Assembly: GCA_963674595.2 (NCBI GenBank)
Contig: CAXXFV010000026.1
Coordinates: forward strand, 1 to 64,000
Source of the DNA: a bacterium
Lineage (GTDB): Bacteria > Zhuqueibacterota > Zhuqueibacteria > Residuimicrobiales > Krinioviventaceae
Direction: 5' to 3'
Length of the DNA: 64,000 nt
This document shows positions 21,620 through 31,280 of this stretch, piece by piece. Position numbers and translations under genes: made by a program. The notes under the pieces are model-generated. The model had not been told where the DNA came from, did no database searches, and was given only the letters and a program-made list of their open reading frames with translations. Within the stretch, counting starts at the first letter, position 1. Each line of letters opens with the position of its first letter.

Positions 21620-21984
21620 AAATTATTATAGAATTCCGTTAACTCATTCAATAATTCTTGCCCGCTATGTATTTCTTTATTTTTAATGATTTTTTTATCA
21701 TCAAAATTTTCAACAAGAATTCCCAGTTCTTTATCGTTGTATACTTCGAAATAAAAAGAGAGTTTATTTTTATTAAAGACAAAACAAATCCCTTCTTCTG
21801 CTGATTGGGATATCCTTAATGGGATAAACTGGTTTTCTACGAGTTGAGGAATAATCTCTCTGGAAAAATTTATGGTATATTCATTTGGAGCGTTTATATC
21901 TTCTTCAGTCCAGTTTTCGCCCGCTTTTTCAATGGTGTCAATATGAGAAAGCAAGGATTTCACGATTATCTCTTTCTTATACAC
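21616..21984 (-). CDS. Hypothetical protein; the true start may be ATG at ~22108 with a frameshift
   Basis: Intact 122-aa ORF. A short upstream ORF (MGTAITVNG...) follows the TIGR04255 stop. Confidence 0.6.
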   Translation of the reverse strand: MYKKEIIVKSLLSHIDTIEKAGENWTEEDINAPNEYTINFSREIIPQLVENQFIPLRISQSAEEGICFVFNKNKLSFYFEVYNDKELGILVENFDDKKIIKNKEIHSGQELLNELTEFYNNL

Positions 21985-22112
21985 ATCATAGGGTTTTTCT
22001 TCCCTTATGGAAGTTATTTTTTATACTGTTGTTGAATACAGAGCTGTCTCTTTCCTGAAAATCATGTGGAAAATTTAAAGAGCCATTAACAGTAATCGCC
22101 GTTCCCATTGTA

Positions 22113-22865
22113 CTATTCCTCCCGATAACACCATACTTTTTTTGCTTGTTTTGTGATTATATTAAGAAAATTATTGATAAGAATGTCATGAGCAGAATTA
22201 AACCATTCGTTCATTTCCAATGAAGGTTCATATCCTCTGCATGTGTTTTCAAAAACAAACAGTTTTTCTTTGTCATCACTTTTTACGGCGCTTTTTAAAG
22301 AACTGTTTAAAACACCGCCAATTTTTTGATATGGTATAGAAAAATTGAAATCAATATCTTTGAATTCAATTTCATCTTTTATAAGCTTGAATATTGTACC
22401 TGGTTTATAGTTCGTCAAACTAAAATCTTTAATAATAATATGATCAATATAAGTCATTTCATATTGATTGATCTTGTCGTATAACTCGTTTTTAAGTCTT
22501 TTGTGTATAGTTTTGATTATATGAGTGAAAATTTCAAAAATTTTATCAAAATGGGGGTATTCATTATGGTCTTTTTCTTTTCGCCAGTTAAAGAAAATTT
22601 TGTCCGGCTGTATCTGAATCAATTTATCTTTGTTTTTATGAATAATATGCTTTCGTGAACAAAAAGAATTTAATATTTGTTGGGTTGGTTGATTTGTTAC
22701 ACTTTCTATAATCGCCGGAAGCGGACTATGTTCGGTTATATCCGTATAGTCATTTTTGTATATATTGAACAGCTCAATCATATCTGTTACAGAAAATATT
22801 GGCCCACTGAATTGAATACCGAAAATAACTTCATTAACAGGTGATTTGTCAAATACGATACTCAT
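22113..22865 (-). CDS. TIGR04255-family protein
   Basis: F.KSPVNEVIFGIQF...LIQIQPD..FFNWRK....YPHF...YIDHI...WF..AH.....F. Confidence 0.8.
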   Translation of the reverse strand: MSIVFDKSPVNEVIFGIQFSGPIFSVTDMIELFNIYKNDYTDITEHSPLPAIIESVTNQPTQQILNSFCSRKHIIHKNKDKLIQIQPDKIFFNWRKEKDHNEYPHFDKIFEIFTHIIKTIHKRLKNELYDKINQYEMTYIDHIIIKDFSLTNYKPGTIFKLIKDEIEFKDIDFNFSIPYQKIGGVLNSSLKSAVKSDDKEKLFVFENTCRGYEPSLEMNEWFNSAHDILINNFLNIITKQAKKVWCYREE

Positions 22866-23280
22866 GATTTCCTGTCTTTTTGTGAATATTTCTAAAAGTT
22901 AGATGTGGTGTGGCTTTACTTACTAAAGCTTATATCCAAGTAAACAATTTTGTGTTTACTTGCATAGTGGTAACTTATTTGTGATTTTATGTAACCCTTT
23001 ATTAATATGTTTTTTAGAGTTTTAGTTGTTCTCCGTTAAAATTTTGAAAACAATCCTTTTCAAGATTTATAACGTATAACAGGCAAATATTGTTCCTGTT
23101 ATTGGTGCCAGGGGGAACACTAAAAGACGAAAGTGAAATCCCTTCGTCTGCTCCCACATTTTAGCACATTTTACACTTAAAATCAAGTTTTTTTACACTG
23201 GATTTTGTTGTGCCTCACTTGGATTACTGTCATACACTTGCAAAATTGTATAGTGTAGTTGTGATGTATTTCATTATTTG

Positions 23281-23393
23281 CTCGACCTATTTAATTTTTT
23301 ACTTGACAAATGTAAAATATATCACTATATTTAGACAGCAAGCGGTTAATGGTGACTATATGTTGTAGTCGACGGACCGCTTTTTGTGTTTTT
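23281..23393 (+). promoter_or_regulatory. Second copy of the lysis promoter and proximal terminator
   Basis: Near-identical to 15026-15137. Confidence 0.8.
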
Positions 23394-23410
23394 GGGAAGG
23401 ATGAATTTGA

Positions 23411-23605
23411 GAGTTTTGTACCTGAAGAGAACAGAGATAAAGGGCAGTCACCGGATTGTGGAATGGGCGTTGGTTTTATCGGCGTTGATGAGGTGCAGGG
23501 CCGCCAGCATTCGAATCCGGCGGTGAATGGCGATAAGGGATTTTTTGCAGGTTTATTGAATAAATTGTAAAACTTTTGCAACAACTAATCAATCAAAGAA
23601 AGGGT
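23411..23605 (+). pseudogene. Internally deleted remnant of the holin-like and DUF5675 genes
   Basis: GTACCTGAAGAG resembles the holin start ATGCCTGAGGAA. GVGFIGVD...PAVNGDKG matches the DUF5675 C-terminus GLGILGID...PSVNGDKG. Confidence 0.7.
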
Positions 23606-23609
23606 TAAC

Positions 23610-23774
23610 ATGTCATTAGAAACGGCAGAAATTTTTGATGTGGTCGGCGAACTTTCCAAAGGGATTGCTGAAAGATTGCGCGACGAAGAGACTCCCGGGA
23701 CGATTTCCAAAAAAGAAATGTACGAGCTTGCCCAGCAGGTTGTTTTGGATTTGCTGAGCGAATTTTCGGACTGA
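23610..23774 (+). CDS. Small acidic phage protein (54 aa, MSLETAEIFDVVGELSKG...)
   Basis: Open frame with a purine-rich RBS; too short for the ORF track. Confidence 0.55.
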   Translation: MSLETAEIFDVVGELSKGIAERLRDEETPGTISKKEMYELAQQVVLDLLSEFSD

Positions 23775-23876
23775 TTTCCTCTCTCCTCCCTCAAAAGGCG
23801 TCGGCTGCGGCCGGCGTCTTTATATTTGAGCGGGTGAGAGAAACGTTTTGTAACCGGTTTAAAAAGTGAGGAAGAG

Positions 23877-24071
23877 ATGAGACCCAATTATTTCGGCAGT
23901 ATGTTGTTAGTCATCGTGATTGTTGTATGTGTTGTGACGCTGTAGGCGTTGGAAAACAGGTATCATGTTCCGGTGTATGTTTTTAACGGAGTTTATAAAC
24001 ACATTGACCTAAACAGGGTTATTCAGGACCGGCGGTTTGGGGTCCTGATGGACAGGACATCACGAGAATAA
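23877..24071 (+). pseudogene. Small single-TM phage protein with an in-frame TAG
   Basis: MRPNYFGSMLLVIVIVVCVVTL*ALENRYH..., RBS GAGGA. Confidence 0.45.
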
Positions 24072-24089
24072 TAAAGACGAGAGGATATT

Positions 24090-24365
24090 ATGCTTGAAGT
24101 TAAAAACGGATGGATCCCGGTGACCAAGACCGAGTGCAAACCGATTACGGTAAAGCGAAAGCTGCACGGCATGGGCGCTGTGGACATGCAAATTAATTAT
24201 CTGGACTGGCTCAACCGCTACAAGGAACAACTGGAGAGCGAGGGGATTCAGTGCCGGATTGAAACCATCGGCACGGCAACCTGCAAGTATTACCGGCTGC
24301 TGGCCTGGTTTGATGATTATTTGGTCAGCGACGGCGAGCAGTTGAGGTTTAAAAGCGTGAATTGA
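24090..24365 (+). CDS. Hypothetical phage protein
   Basis: RBS GAGGA; phage-like GC level. Confidence 0.7.
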   Translation: MLEVKNGWIPVTKTECKPITVKRKLHGMGAVDMQINYLDWLNRYKEQLESEGIQCRIETIGTATCKYYRLLAWFDDYLVSDGEQLRFKSVN

Positions 24366-24443
24366 TGGGTTGAAGGTTGGAAAGATGGATATATATGGTA
24401 AACACTGATAAAAGGTATGCTACCAATATCAATCGATTTGTTA

Positions 24444-25268
24444 TTAGGATTTCGGTTGGCATAATATTTCATATATAATATCAATATCTTTTAATTTTTG
24501 TCCTGAAAAGTCCAGTGTTTTTTTTATGATTGCAGTTATTATCATTATTCGAGAGAGGTATTCTGTTATATTATTGAAGTGAATTTGGTAAAAATTCATA
24601 TCGATCAAATACAATTTATTTGCTAAATTTTGTATTTTATCTAAATGTGAAGAGTAAATTTCCTTTGAATCTATACATTTTAATATCTGCTCATAAGTTT
24701 CGTTGTGATATTTTGTGAAAGAAGATATGGTTTCCATTATTTCCGGTTTAATTTTGTGGTTGTTTAATTCCGTTGAAAACCATTTTAAATAGATATCGTT
24801 AAAATACCCTTTGCTTAGTCTGTTTTCAATCAAATGATTGTTTGGTTCCACCTGAATGCAATACTCACTTGGTTTGGGATATTTAACTTTAGTAGCGATG
24901 TTATGCTCAGCATATTTAAAATAATCGACCATAAAAATAACATACAATTCCATATGTTTAATGTAATTATTAAAATGAATATTTTGTGTGGTTATTTGAA
25001 AGTTTTTTTCAAATTGTTTTTCAGAGGATTTGAATCTTTCTATTGCCACGACAACACCCAACAGGGTGGTTGTAAAAACAACTAGGGTTATTGGGAAGGA
25101 ATAGAATTTATAAAAATTTTCAAAACCTGTATAACTGAAATCCGGCTGCCAAAAATTTATGTCTTTAGACCAACATGAAATCAAAATAAATATGAGTAAA
25201 GAAGCGCCATATCCGATTATAGCAATCGCATTAATTGATTTTGTATTATTTTTAAATGGATTTTTCAT
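24444..25268 (-). CDS. AT-rich 2TM membrane protein (moron), flanked by 14-bp direct repeats
   Basis: Two TM helices, then GFENF..F..FPI...HFNNYIKH. TGGTAAACACTGAT at 24396-24409 and 25395-25408. Confidence 0.75.
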   Translation of the reverse strand: MKNPFKNNTKSINAIAIIGYGASLLIFILISCWSKDINFWQPDFSYTGFENFYKFYSFPITLVVFTTTLLGVVVAIERFKSSEKQFEKNFQITTQNIHFNNYIKHMELYVIFMVDYFKYAEHNIATKVKYPKPSEYCIQVEPNNHLIENRLSKGYFNDIYLKWFSTELNNHKIKPEIMETISSFTKYHNETYEQILKCIDSKEIYSSHLDKIQNLANKLYLIDMNFYQIHFNNITEYLSRIMIITAIIKKTLDFSGQKLKDIDIIYEILCQPKS

Positions 25269-25481
25269 TTGTGGAATTTCTCCATAAAAATGTGTTTTTA
25301 ATAAAATCGGTTATGATACCGGAACCTGGAATGTATTCATATTCGGTACATTAAAATGATCTATAAAAATTTGATCCCGCCAAAGATTTTTCTTTGGTAA
25401 ACACTGATTTAAAGTACAAAGCCGGGTTGAAATTGTCAATTGTAATTATTTTTAGTAAATCAAACAATATTGGAAGGTGAC

Positions 25482-26015
25482 ATGGCAGGAAAGCGGTCCA
25501 AAAGTCAGCGGGAACGGGACAGGAAAAACATCAGCGAACTGTATCTGCAGGGGTTTACCCAGATGCAGATCAAGTCCCGGCTGAAAATCAGCCAGAGCAC
25601 GGTGTCGCGGGACTTGCGGGTGATGCAGCGTTACTGGCAAATGAGCGCCATCGCCAATATGGACCAGCGCAAACGTATTGAGCTGGCGAAAATTGACAAC
25701 CTGGAGCGCGAATACTGGCAGTCCTGGCTGACCTCGGGCGGTTCTGCGGGTGTGACCAAAACCGTGGAGACCATTACCAGCGACGGGTCGGAAAAGGCCA
25801 AAGAGGGCGGCAAAAGTTCCACAAAAATTTGGGAAGAGACCGGCGACGTGCGCTATTTGAGCGGGGTGCAGTGGTGCATCAACAAACGCTGTGAAATTTT
25901 GGGCATTAACGCGCCCAGGAAAATTGCGCCCACAGACCCGACCGGTAAAAAGCCCTATCAGACCACGGATGATATTATCAACGAGCTGATCCATATTTTT
26001 AAGAACAGAGAATGA
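25482..26015 (+). CDS. terS: Terminase small subunit (N-terminal HTH)
   Basis: LYLQGFTQMQI...ISQSTVSRDL HTH, RCEILGINAP. Overlaps terL. Confidence 0.75.
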   Translation: MAGKRSKSQRERDRKNISELYLQGFTQMQIKSRLKISQSTVSRDLRVMQRYWQMSAIANMDQRKRIELAKIDNLEREYWQSWLTSGGSAGVTKTVETITSDGSEKAKEGGKSSTKIWEETGDVRYLSGVQWCINKRCEILGINAPRKIAPTDPTGKKPYQTTDDIINELIHIFKNRE

Positions 26016-27685
26016 GTTTGGACCTTGCACAACTTTCGAAACACAAACTTTTGCGGATCAACGAAAGTTTGAACTATATTGCCCCGGTTTTTGGAATTGC
26101 CCGGGTTTTTCATTTAAACCGGCATTTGAAACCCATGTCATTTGTCAATCGCGACTGGCTGCAGGACCTGTACGTGCCGCCGGGATTTTTTGGCGATCTG
26201 GTGTCCGGGGTGTCGCCCAAAACCAAAATGCCCAGATACATTGTCTTTCAAAAACCCGTGCAGGTGGGGCTGACCGAGCGGCTGCTGGTAGAGTTTTTTT
26301 ATTACGTGTCCCTGGGACTGCGCGGGCTGTACATTATGCCCAACCAGACCATGCGCACCAGTTTTGTGCAGGACCGGGTGGACAAGCTGATAAAATACGT
26401 GCCCCGGTACCGGCAATGGATGGCTGAGGGCGGGCAGAGTGACAGCGTGATCCAGAAACATTTTGGCAAGGGAACCATGCGGTTTGTGGGGTCCAACGCC
26501 CGCACCGAGTTTGTGGAGAACCCGGTGGACATAGCCATGGCCGACGAATACGACGAATGCGACATGGACAATATGGACCAGTTGAAAGACCGGCTCAAGG
26601 CCTCCGAATATAAAATGGTGCGGTATGCGTCCCGGCCTTCTTATGAGAACATTGGCGTGGATTTTTTGTACAAGCGCACCTGCCGGTTCCGGTTTTTAAG
26701 CAAGTGCGGGCACTGCGGGGACTTGCGGGAGATTGACTGGTTTAAACACGTGGTGTGTCAGATGGATGACGAGGGCCACGAATTTGAATTGCGCAAGGTT
26801 GAGGACGGTGTGCCGCAGATCGAATGCGGTAAATGCGGCCGGGCCGTTGACCAGCCCTGGGTCGGTGAGTGGGTGGCGGAACAGCCGGGGAATGAGAAAA
26901 TCGGGTATCAGTTCGGGCGGCTGATTTCTTTTGATACCGATTTGAAAGAGCTGTGGGACGAGTTTCAGACGGCGCTGGGTGATGAAACCAAAATGCAGTT
27001 TTTTGTTAATTCGAATCTGGGCCGGGCCTATGCGCCGGGCGGCAACAAAATTACCGAGGCGCTGATGGAGCGCTGCAAGGGCGATTACCTCATGCCGTCC
27101 ACCAGTACCGGTTCTTTTATGGGCGTAGACCCGGGGGGACGCCACCATGCGTTTATCTGGGAGCCCTGTGAGGGACGCAAACGGTTGGTGTTTTGCGGCG
27201 GTGTGCGCGACTGGGCGGGTCTGGGACTGCTGATGGAGCAGTATAATGTTGAAAACTGCGTCATCGACGGCGCCTATGATCCCACCAAGGCCAAAGAGTT
27301 CCGGGATGATTTTCCGGGAAGGGTGTGGCTGGCTTTTTACAAGGGCAATGGGTCGCTGAAAGAGTGGGACCTGGACCATGAACATCGCGGTGTGAGGATC
27401 GGCCGCACCCAGAACCTTGACGCGGTGTTGACCAAGGTGATAAAATTTAAAGAGGGCGGATTTTTGTTTCCGGTCAACTGGAAACAGGCGGGCAATGGTG
27501 AGCTGAAGGACCATTTTACCGCGCCGACCCGTTTTTTTGATGAAAAGAGAGGAACACATGTCTGGAGCAAACCGGACGCCGGCGACCATTTGCTGCACGC
27601 GGCCGGATATTCACTGCTGGCTGAAAAACTGCCCGGGTCCGCTTCCGAGTGGTCCGGATTTATAACCATAGGAGGAACCCGATAA
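26012..27685 (+). CDS. terL: Terminase large subunit (GpA-like ATPase plus RNase H-like nuclease)
   Basis: QKPVQVGLTE Walker A-like, ADEYD Walker B, CxxC pairs, MGVDPG and DHLLHA nuclease motifs. Confidence 0.9.
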   Translation: MSLDLAQLSKHKLLRINESLNYIAPVFGIARVFHLNRHLKPMSFVNRDWLQDLYVPPGFFGDLVSGVSPKTKMPRYIVFQKPVQVGLTERLLVEFFYYVSLGLRGLYIMPNQTMRTSFVQDRVDKLIKYVPRYRQWMAEGGQSDSVIQKHFGKGTMRFVGSNARTEFVENPVDIAMADEYDECDMDNMDQLKDRLKASEYKMVRYASRPSYENIGVDFLYKRTCRFRFLSKCGHCGDLREIDWFKHVVCQMDDEGHEFELRKVEDGVPQIECGKCGRAVDQPWVGEWVAEQPGNEKIGYQFGRLISFDTDLKELWDEFQTALGDETKMQFFVNSNLGRAYAPGGNKITEALMERCKGDYLMPSTSTGSFMGVDPGGRHHAFIWEPCEGRKRLVFCGGVRDWAGLGLLMEQYNVENCVIDGAYDPTKAKEFRDDFPGRVWLAFYKGNGSLKEWDLDHEHRGVRIGRTQNLDAVLTKVIKFKEGGFLFPVNWKQAGNGELKDHFTAPTRFFDEKRGTHVWSKPDAGDHLLHAAGYSLLAEKLPGSASEWSGFITIGGTR

Positions 27686-27861
27686 TGCCGAAACGCAACA
27701 GCACCATCAAACGTCACGATGCCATACGCAACGAAGTGTATGAAAAAGCCAATCAACTGCGCACCTCGGGCATCGTGGACTATGCCAATCAGGCGATCTT
27801 ACGCATCGCAGACAGGTACAAATATTCGTATTATACGGTGAGGGATATTTATTATGGGTAG
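27685..27861 (+). CDS. Small HTH-like protein (58 aa)
   Basis: IADRYKYSYYTVRDIYY HTH-like C-terminus; TAATG coupling to terL. Confidence 0.6.
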   Translation: MPKRNSTIKRHDAIRNEVYEKANQLRTSGIVDYANQAILRIADRYKYSYYTVRDIYYG

Positions 27862-28000
27862 GGGGGAAGAGTGTCGTAAAATGGAGCAGAGTGGGATTGT
27901 TTTGATGAGAAGAGAAATGATTTGGGCTTTGCGGTGTTATATGATATGAGAGCCAATGTTTGCAAATAATACAAAATATTGTTAAATATTTAGAAATAAC

Positions 28001-28029
28001 TTGACATTTTCACTTTTAATAATTACAAT
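28001..28029 (+). promoter_or_regulatory. sigma70-like promoter of the moron region
   Basis: TTGACA-N17-TACAAT. Confidence 0.6.
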
Positions 28030-28555
28030 TAGTATCTTTGATCATCGGAGAAGCAAATCTATGTATATAAATTTGGGTATTATTATTGCTTACCTTTTTA
28101 AGGAAAAGTAAATTTTATATTGTTCATATAAGGTAAATTATGACTTTTAAAATTATTTTTCCATTTTATTATGTTTTTTTTAAATTTAATCATCTTGCAC
28201 TTTTAGCGTACAAGAAAGAGCATTTTGTCTCTAATCAAAGAATTGTTTTGTCCTGGAACAAAAAGATGACAAAATACATATTTTGTGACAAGTATTGAAT
28301 TTTATCCTCAGCTTGATGATAGCTTGATGATAGCTTGAGGTTTTTTAGTATTTTTATGAGCCAAGTACAATTTCAATTAATAAAATGAATAGGAAGTAGC
28401 ATTATTTTTAATAGTAGTGTTTATTCGGATAACAAAAAATTTTAACAGTATTTTATTTAGCCAGTTATGTTAACATAACAAACAGACGCGACGGACTTTC
28501 GTTATAGTCGAGAATGTAATTATTGTTTAATACTATTGTGGGAATCGGAAAAGGA

Positions 28556-29446
28556 ATGAGAAAAACCCTTGGAGATTACTTTGTAATATTATTTTCCGTT
28601 GCAGGTAGTTATGCTTCGATTATGGCATATTCTCGTGTATTTAAAACAAGTTTAAATGAGCAAGGTAAGCATGGGGTCATAATTTTAGGAATTATTATTA
28701 TATCTTTACTTGTGCATAATATATGTCTAACGATGAAGTATAGAAAAAGGATTAAATACGCTGATATTTTTAGCGAACTAAATAATGGTTTTTCATATAT
28801 TCATTCAGTTGACAGAATAAAGAATCATGGTGTAATTGAAATAACTAATAGTATAAAATCTTTATGCAATTCTGTATCAAACACTTTTAGAAATATATAT
28901 GGCCATCATATTGGTGTCTGTATAAAAATATTAACTGATGATGGGGGACGCCCAAAGGTACATACCTATTGTCGTGATGAAAGATCGGCAATGACACGAT
29001 TAGTAAGAGATAATGATAAAGCTATTGAACATTGGTTGTGTGAAAACACAGATTTTCAATTTATTAAAGATGCTTTAAAAAATAATTTATCGGACTGTTA
29101 TTTCTTTTCAAATGCACTTCCCTGGAAATCTGGTTACAAAAATAGTAGATTTGGAAACTGGGCTCCTCCTGGACCTTTACTTTTAAATTTGTTAACAAAA
29201 CTTTTTTGTTGGCCTCTTCCATACAAGAGTACAATTGTAGTACCTTTGGTACCGTTGTCCATAAAAGATCAAAACGAAAGAGCACTCCGTGGATTTTTGT
29301 GTATTGATTCACATCGAAATTTTATCTTTAATGAAAAATTTGATGTACACATTTTAAAAGGTGTTTGTGACGGTTTATATAATAAAATTGATGTAATTTA
29401 TGATGAAATAAAAGATGGGAATTACCCCAATGAAATCAAAAAATAA
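28556..29446 (+). CDS. 2TM membrane protein with a GAF-like C-terminal domain
   Basis: Two TM helices; YKSTIVVPL...GFLCIDS.....F...DV.IL GAF-like tail. Confidence 0.7.
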   Translation: MRKTLGDYFVILFSVAGSYASIMAYSRVFKTSLNEQGKHGVIILGIIIISLLVHNICLTMKYRKRIKYADIFSELNNGFSYIHSVDRIKNHGVIEITNSIKSLCNSVSNTFRNIYGHHIGVCIKILTDDGGRPKVHTYCRDERSAMTRLVRDNDKAIEHWLCENTDFQFIKDALKNNLSDCYFFSNALPWKSGYKNSRFGNWAPPGPLLLNLLTKLFCWPLPYKSTIVVPLVPLSIKDQNERALRGFLCIDSHRNFIFNEKFDVHILKGVCDGLYNKIDVIYDEIKDGNYPNEIKK

Positions 29447-29675
29447 ATTTACCGTAGAAGCTACTGCTTCTAATGGAGAAGCAACATCAGGAAGAATAAG
29501 TACAACATTAAATGGTGAGCGAACTGAAATTCCCGCAGTTATCTTTAGCAAAAGCGAGATAGAAAGACTGTTTGAGATGCTAAAAACTCCCCAGCAAACA
29601 GATGAAACGGATATCAACCATAAGACTATTGGCAGTTGGAAAGATATAATTAATTTTTTTATTTTCAAGTGGTAA
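29430..29675 (+). CDS. Small hypothetical protein
   Basis: Overlaps the stop of the upstream gene. Confidence 0.5.
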   Translation: MKSKNKFTVEATASNGEATSGRISTTLNGERTEIPAVIFSKSEIERLFEMLKTPQQTDETDINHKTIGSWKDIINFFIFKW

Positions 29676-30099
29676 AAAATTTATTTTGACACAATTTTAA
29701 TATAGTATAACTCTTTTCAATGAAGATAATTAGAATTCACTGAATTAAAATCATTCTATGCAGATAAAGTGTTTTTAATTACAAAGTTTAAAATAACTTC
29801 CTCAACGTTATTAATTTGTTGTTTGTATTAAGAATGTTATTTATGCCGGACCTCATCAAGTTCGGTTTTTTTTATCCCCAAATAAATAACTGTATAGCTC
29901 TTTTTATGTTAGCTCGCTTATAATACCATTTCCAGAGTGCTGAATAAAGAGTTAAATATCTGTCTCCTGATTACCCTTCGACTCCGCTCAGGGTGACCCC
30001 GTTCGGCAACGTTAAGGGGATATGTTACGATCTTGCTCAGGGTGAAAGGCTTTAATTTTAATTTCGTTCACTGATATGATTTGAACTTTACCCGAAAAA

Positions 30100-30981
30100 T
30101 CAGACACAAAGATAAGTTCGTTTTTGATTAAATTGTTTTTCAAAGTTAACAGGTGACCTATAATTCAAGCTTGAATGAATTCGTTTGTGATTATAAAAGA
30201 TGTCAATATAGTCAAAGATCTTTTGTTCAGCATCGTGAAAGGATTCAAATTGCTCAAAAGAATAAAATTCTGATTTGAATGTACTAAAAAACGATTCCAT
30301 AACAGCATTGTCATAACAATCACCTTTACGACTCATACTTTGAATAATGCCATGTTCTTTCAAAAAAGTTTTAACTTCAATACTTGCATACTGAATACCT
30401 CGATCTGAATGAAAGATTAAACCTTTTTCCGGTTCACGACGGGTAACAGCCTTCTTTAGAGCGTTCAGCACAAAATCCAAAGACAGGTCACGACTCAAGG
30501 ACCAACTAATAATCTGCCGGGAAAATAAATCCATAATCGCGACCAGATACATCCACTGATTCCGGACTTTGATATAAGTAATATCAGAAAGCCAAATCTG
30601 GTCCGGCTGTTCAGCATGAAAGTTTTGTTTTAACAAATTTGCAGCAACACGAAATTTATGTTTTGAATATGTCGTAGCTTTATATTTTTTCTTAATTTTT
30701 GAACGTATATTATTTTCTCGCATCAAGCGTGCAACACGATTTTTACTGCAACTTTGGTTCTTTGATTTTAACTCGGCTGTAATACGCGGACTGCCATAAA
30801 TATATCGACTTTGTTCGTGGACCTGTTTAATGAGTTTGAGTAATCTCTCATTTTCAAGTTCACGTTGACTGCAACCGCGTCTTCGCCAGGCATAATATCC
30901 GCTCCTTGAGACCTTAAAGGCTCGACACATCTTCAGCAACCGAAATCTGGAGCGGTGAAGAAATATAAACTCATATTTCAT
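30100..30981 (-). CDS. IS3 transposase OrfB (DDE)
   Basis: YGSPRI, WLSDITY, HSDRGIQY, DNAVMESFF. Confidence 0.95.
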   Translation of the reverse strand: MKYEFIFLHRSRFRLLKMCRAFKVSRSGYYAWRRRGCSQRELENERLLKLIKQVHEQSRYIYGSPRITAELKSKNQSCSKNRVARLMRENNIRSKIKKKYKATTYSKHKFRVAANLLKQNFHAEQPDQIWLSDITYIKVRNQWMYLVAIMDLFSRQIISWSLSRDLSLDFVLNALKKAVTRREPEKGLIFHSDRGIQYASIEVKTFLKEHGIIQSMSRKGDCYDNAVMESFFSTFKSEFYSFEQFESFHDAEQKIFDYIDIFYNHKRIHSSLNYRSPVNFEKQFNQKRTYLCV

Positions 30982-31280
30982 TTCGGTCGTTTGGAGAAGA
31001 TGCTCATTGCCTTTTTTAAGATTTCATTCTCCTCTTCGAGGTCAATGATTCGTTTTTTCAGGTCATGGAGTTCCTGATCAGATGGTTTTAAATATCCTTT
31101 TCCAGGAAATGCTTCTTCCTGGTCTTTTAAATATTGGCGTTTCCAACTGCGTAATACTGTTGGTTGTATATCTAATTCTCTGGAAACTGCCTTTAATGGT
31201 CGTTGGCCATCAATGATCAATTTAACGGTTTTAATCTTGAATTCTTTGCTAAAGGTCCTTCTTGGTTTTTGTTCGTTCAT
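30978..31280 (-). CDS. IS3 transposase OrfA
   Basis: RTFSKEFK...HTH...LEEENEILKKA; A6G slippery site near the 3' end. Confidence 0.92.
   Translation of the reverse strand: MNEQKPRRTFSKEFKIKTVKLIIDGQRPLKAVSRELDIQPTVLRSWKRQYLKDQEEAFPGKGYLKPSDQELHDLKKRIIDLEEENEILKKAMSIFSKRPK

Noticed and set aside
23103-23117. tRNA 3'-end-like CCCCCTGGCACCA on the minus strand as a possible att site
   Set aside because: No T-loop or cloverleaf, and no second copy seen in the window.
1516-23945. Stop-codon reassignment suggested by in-frame TAG at 1516 and ~23943
   Set aside because: TAG ends many intact genes here (2094, 4556, 40184, 59670). Two TGG>TAG changes fit mutation or sequencing error.
26138-27756. 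Long antisense ORFs over terL (e.g. 26696-27598) and similar shadows over other phage genes
   Set aside because: They mirror well-supported genes in GC-richer DNA and show no recognisable motifs.
28306-28340. AGCTTGATGAT x2.5 micro-repeat
   Set aside because: Too short and most simply explained by replication slippage.
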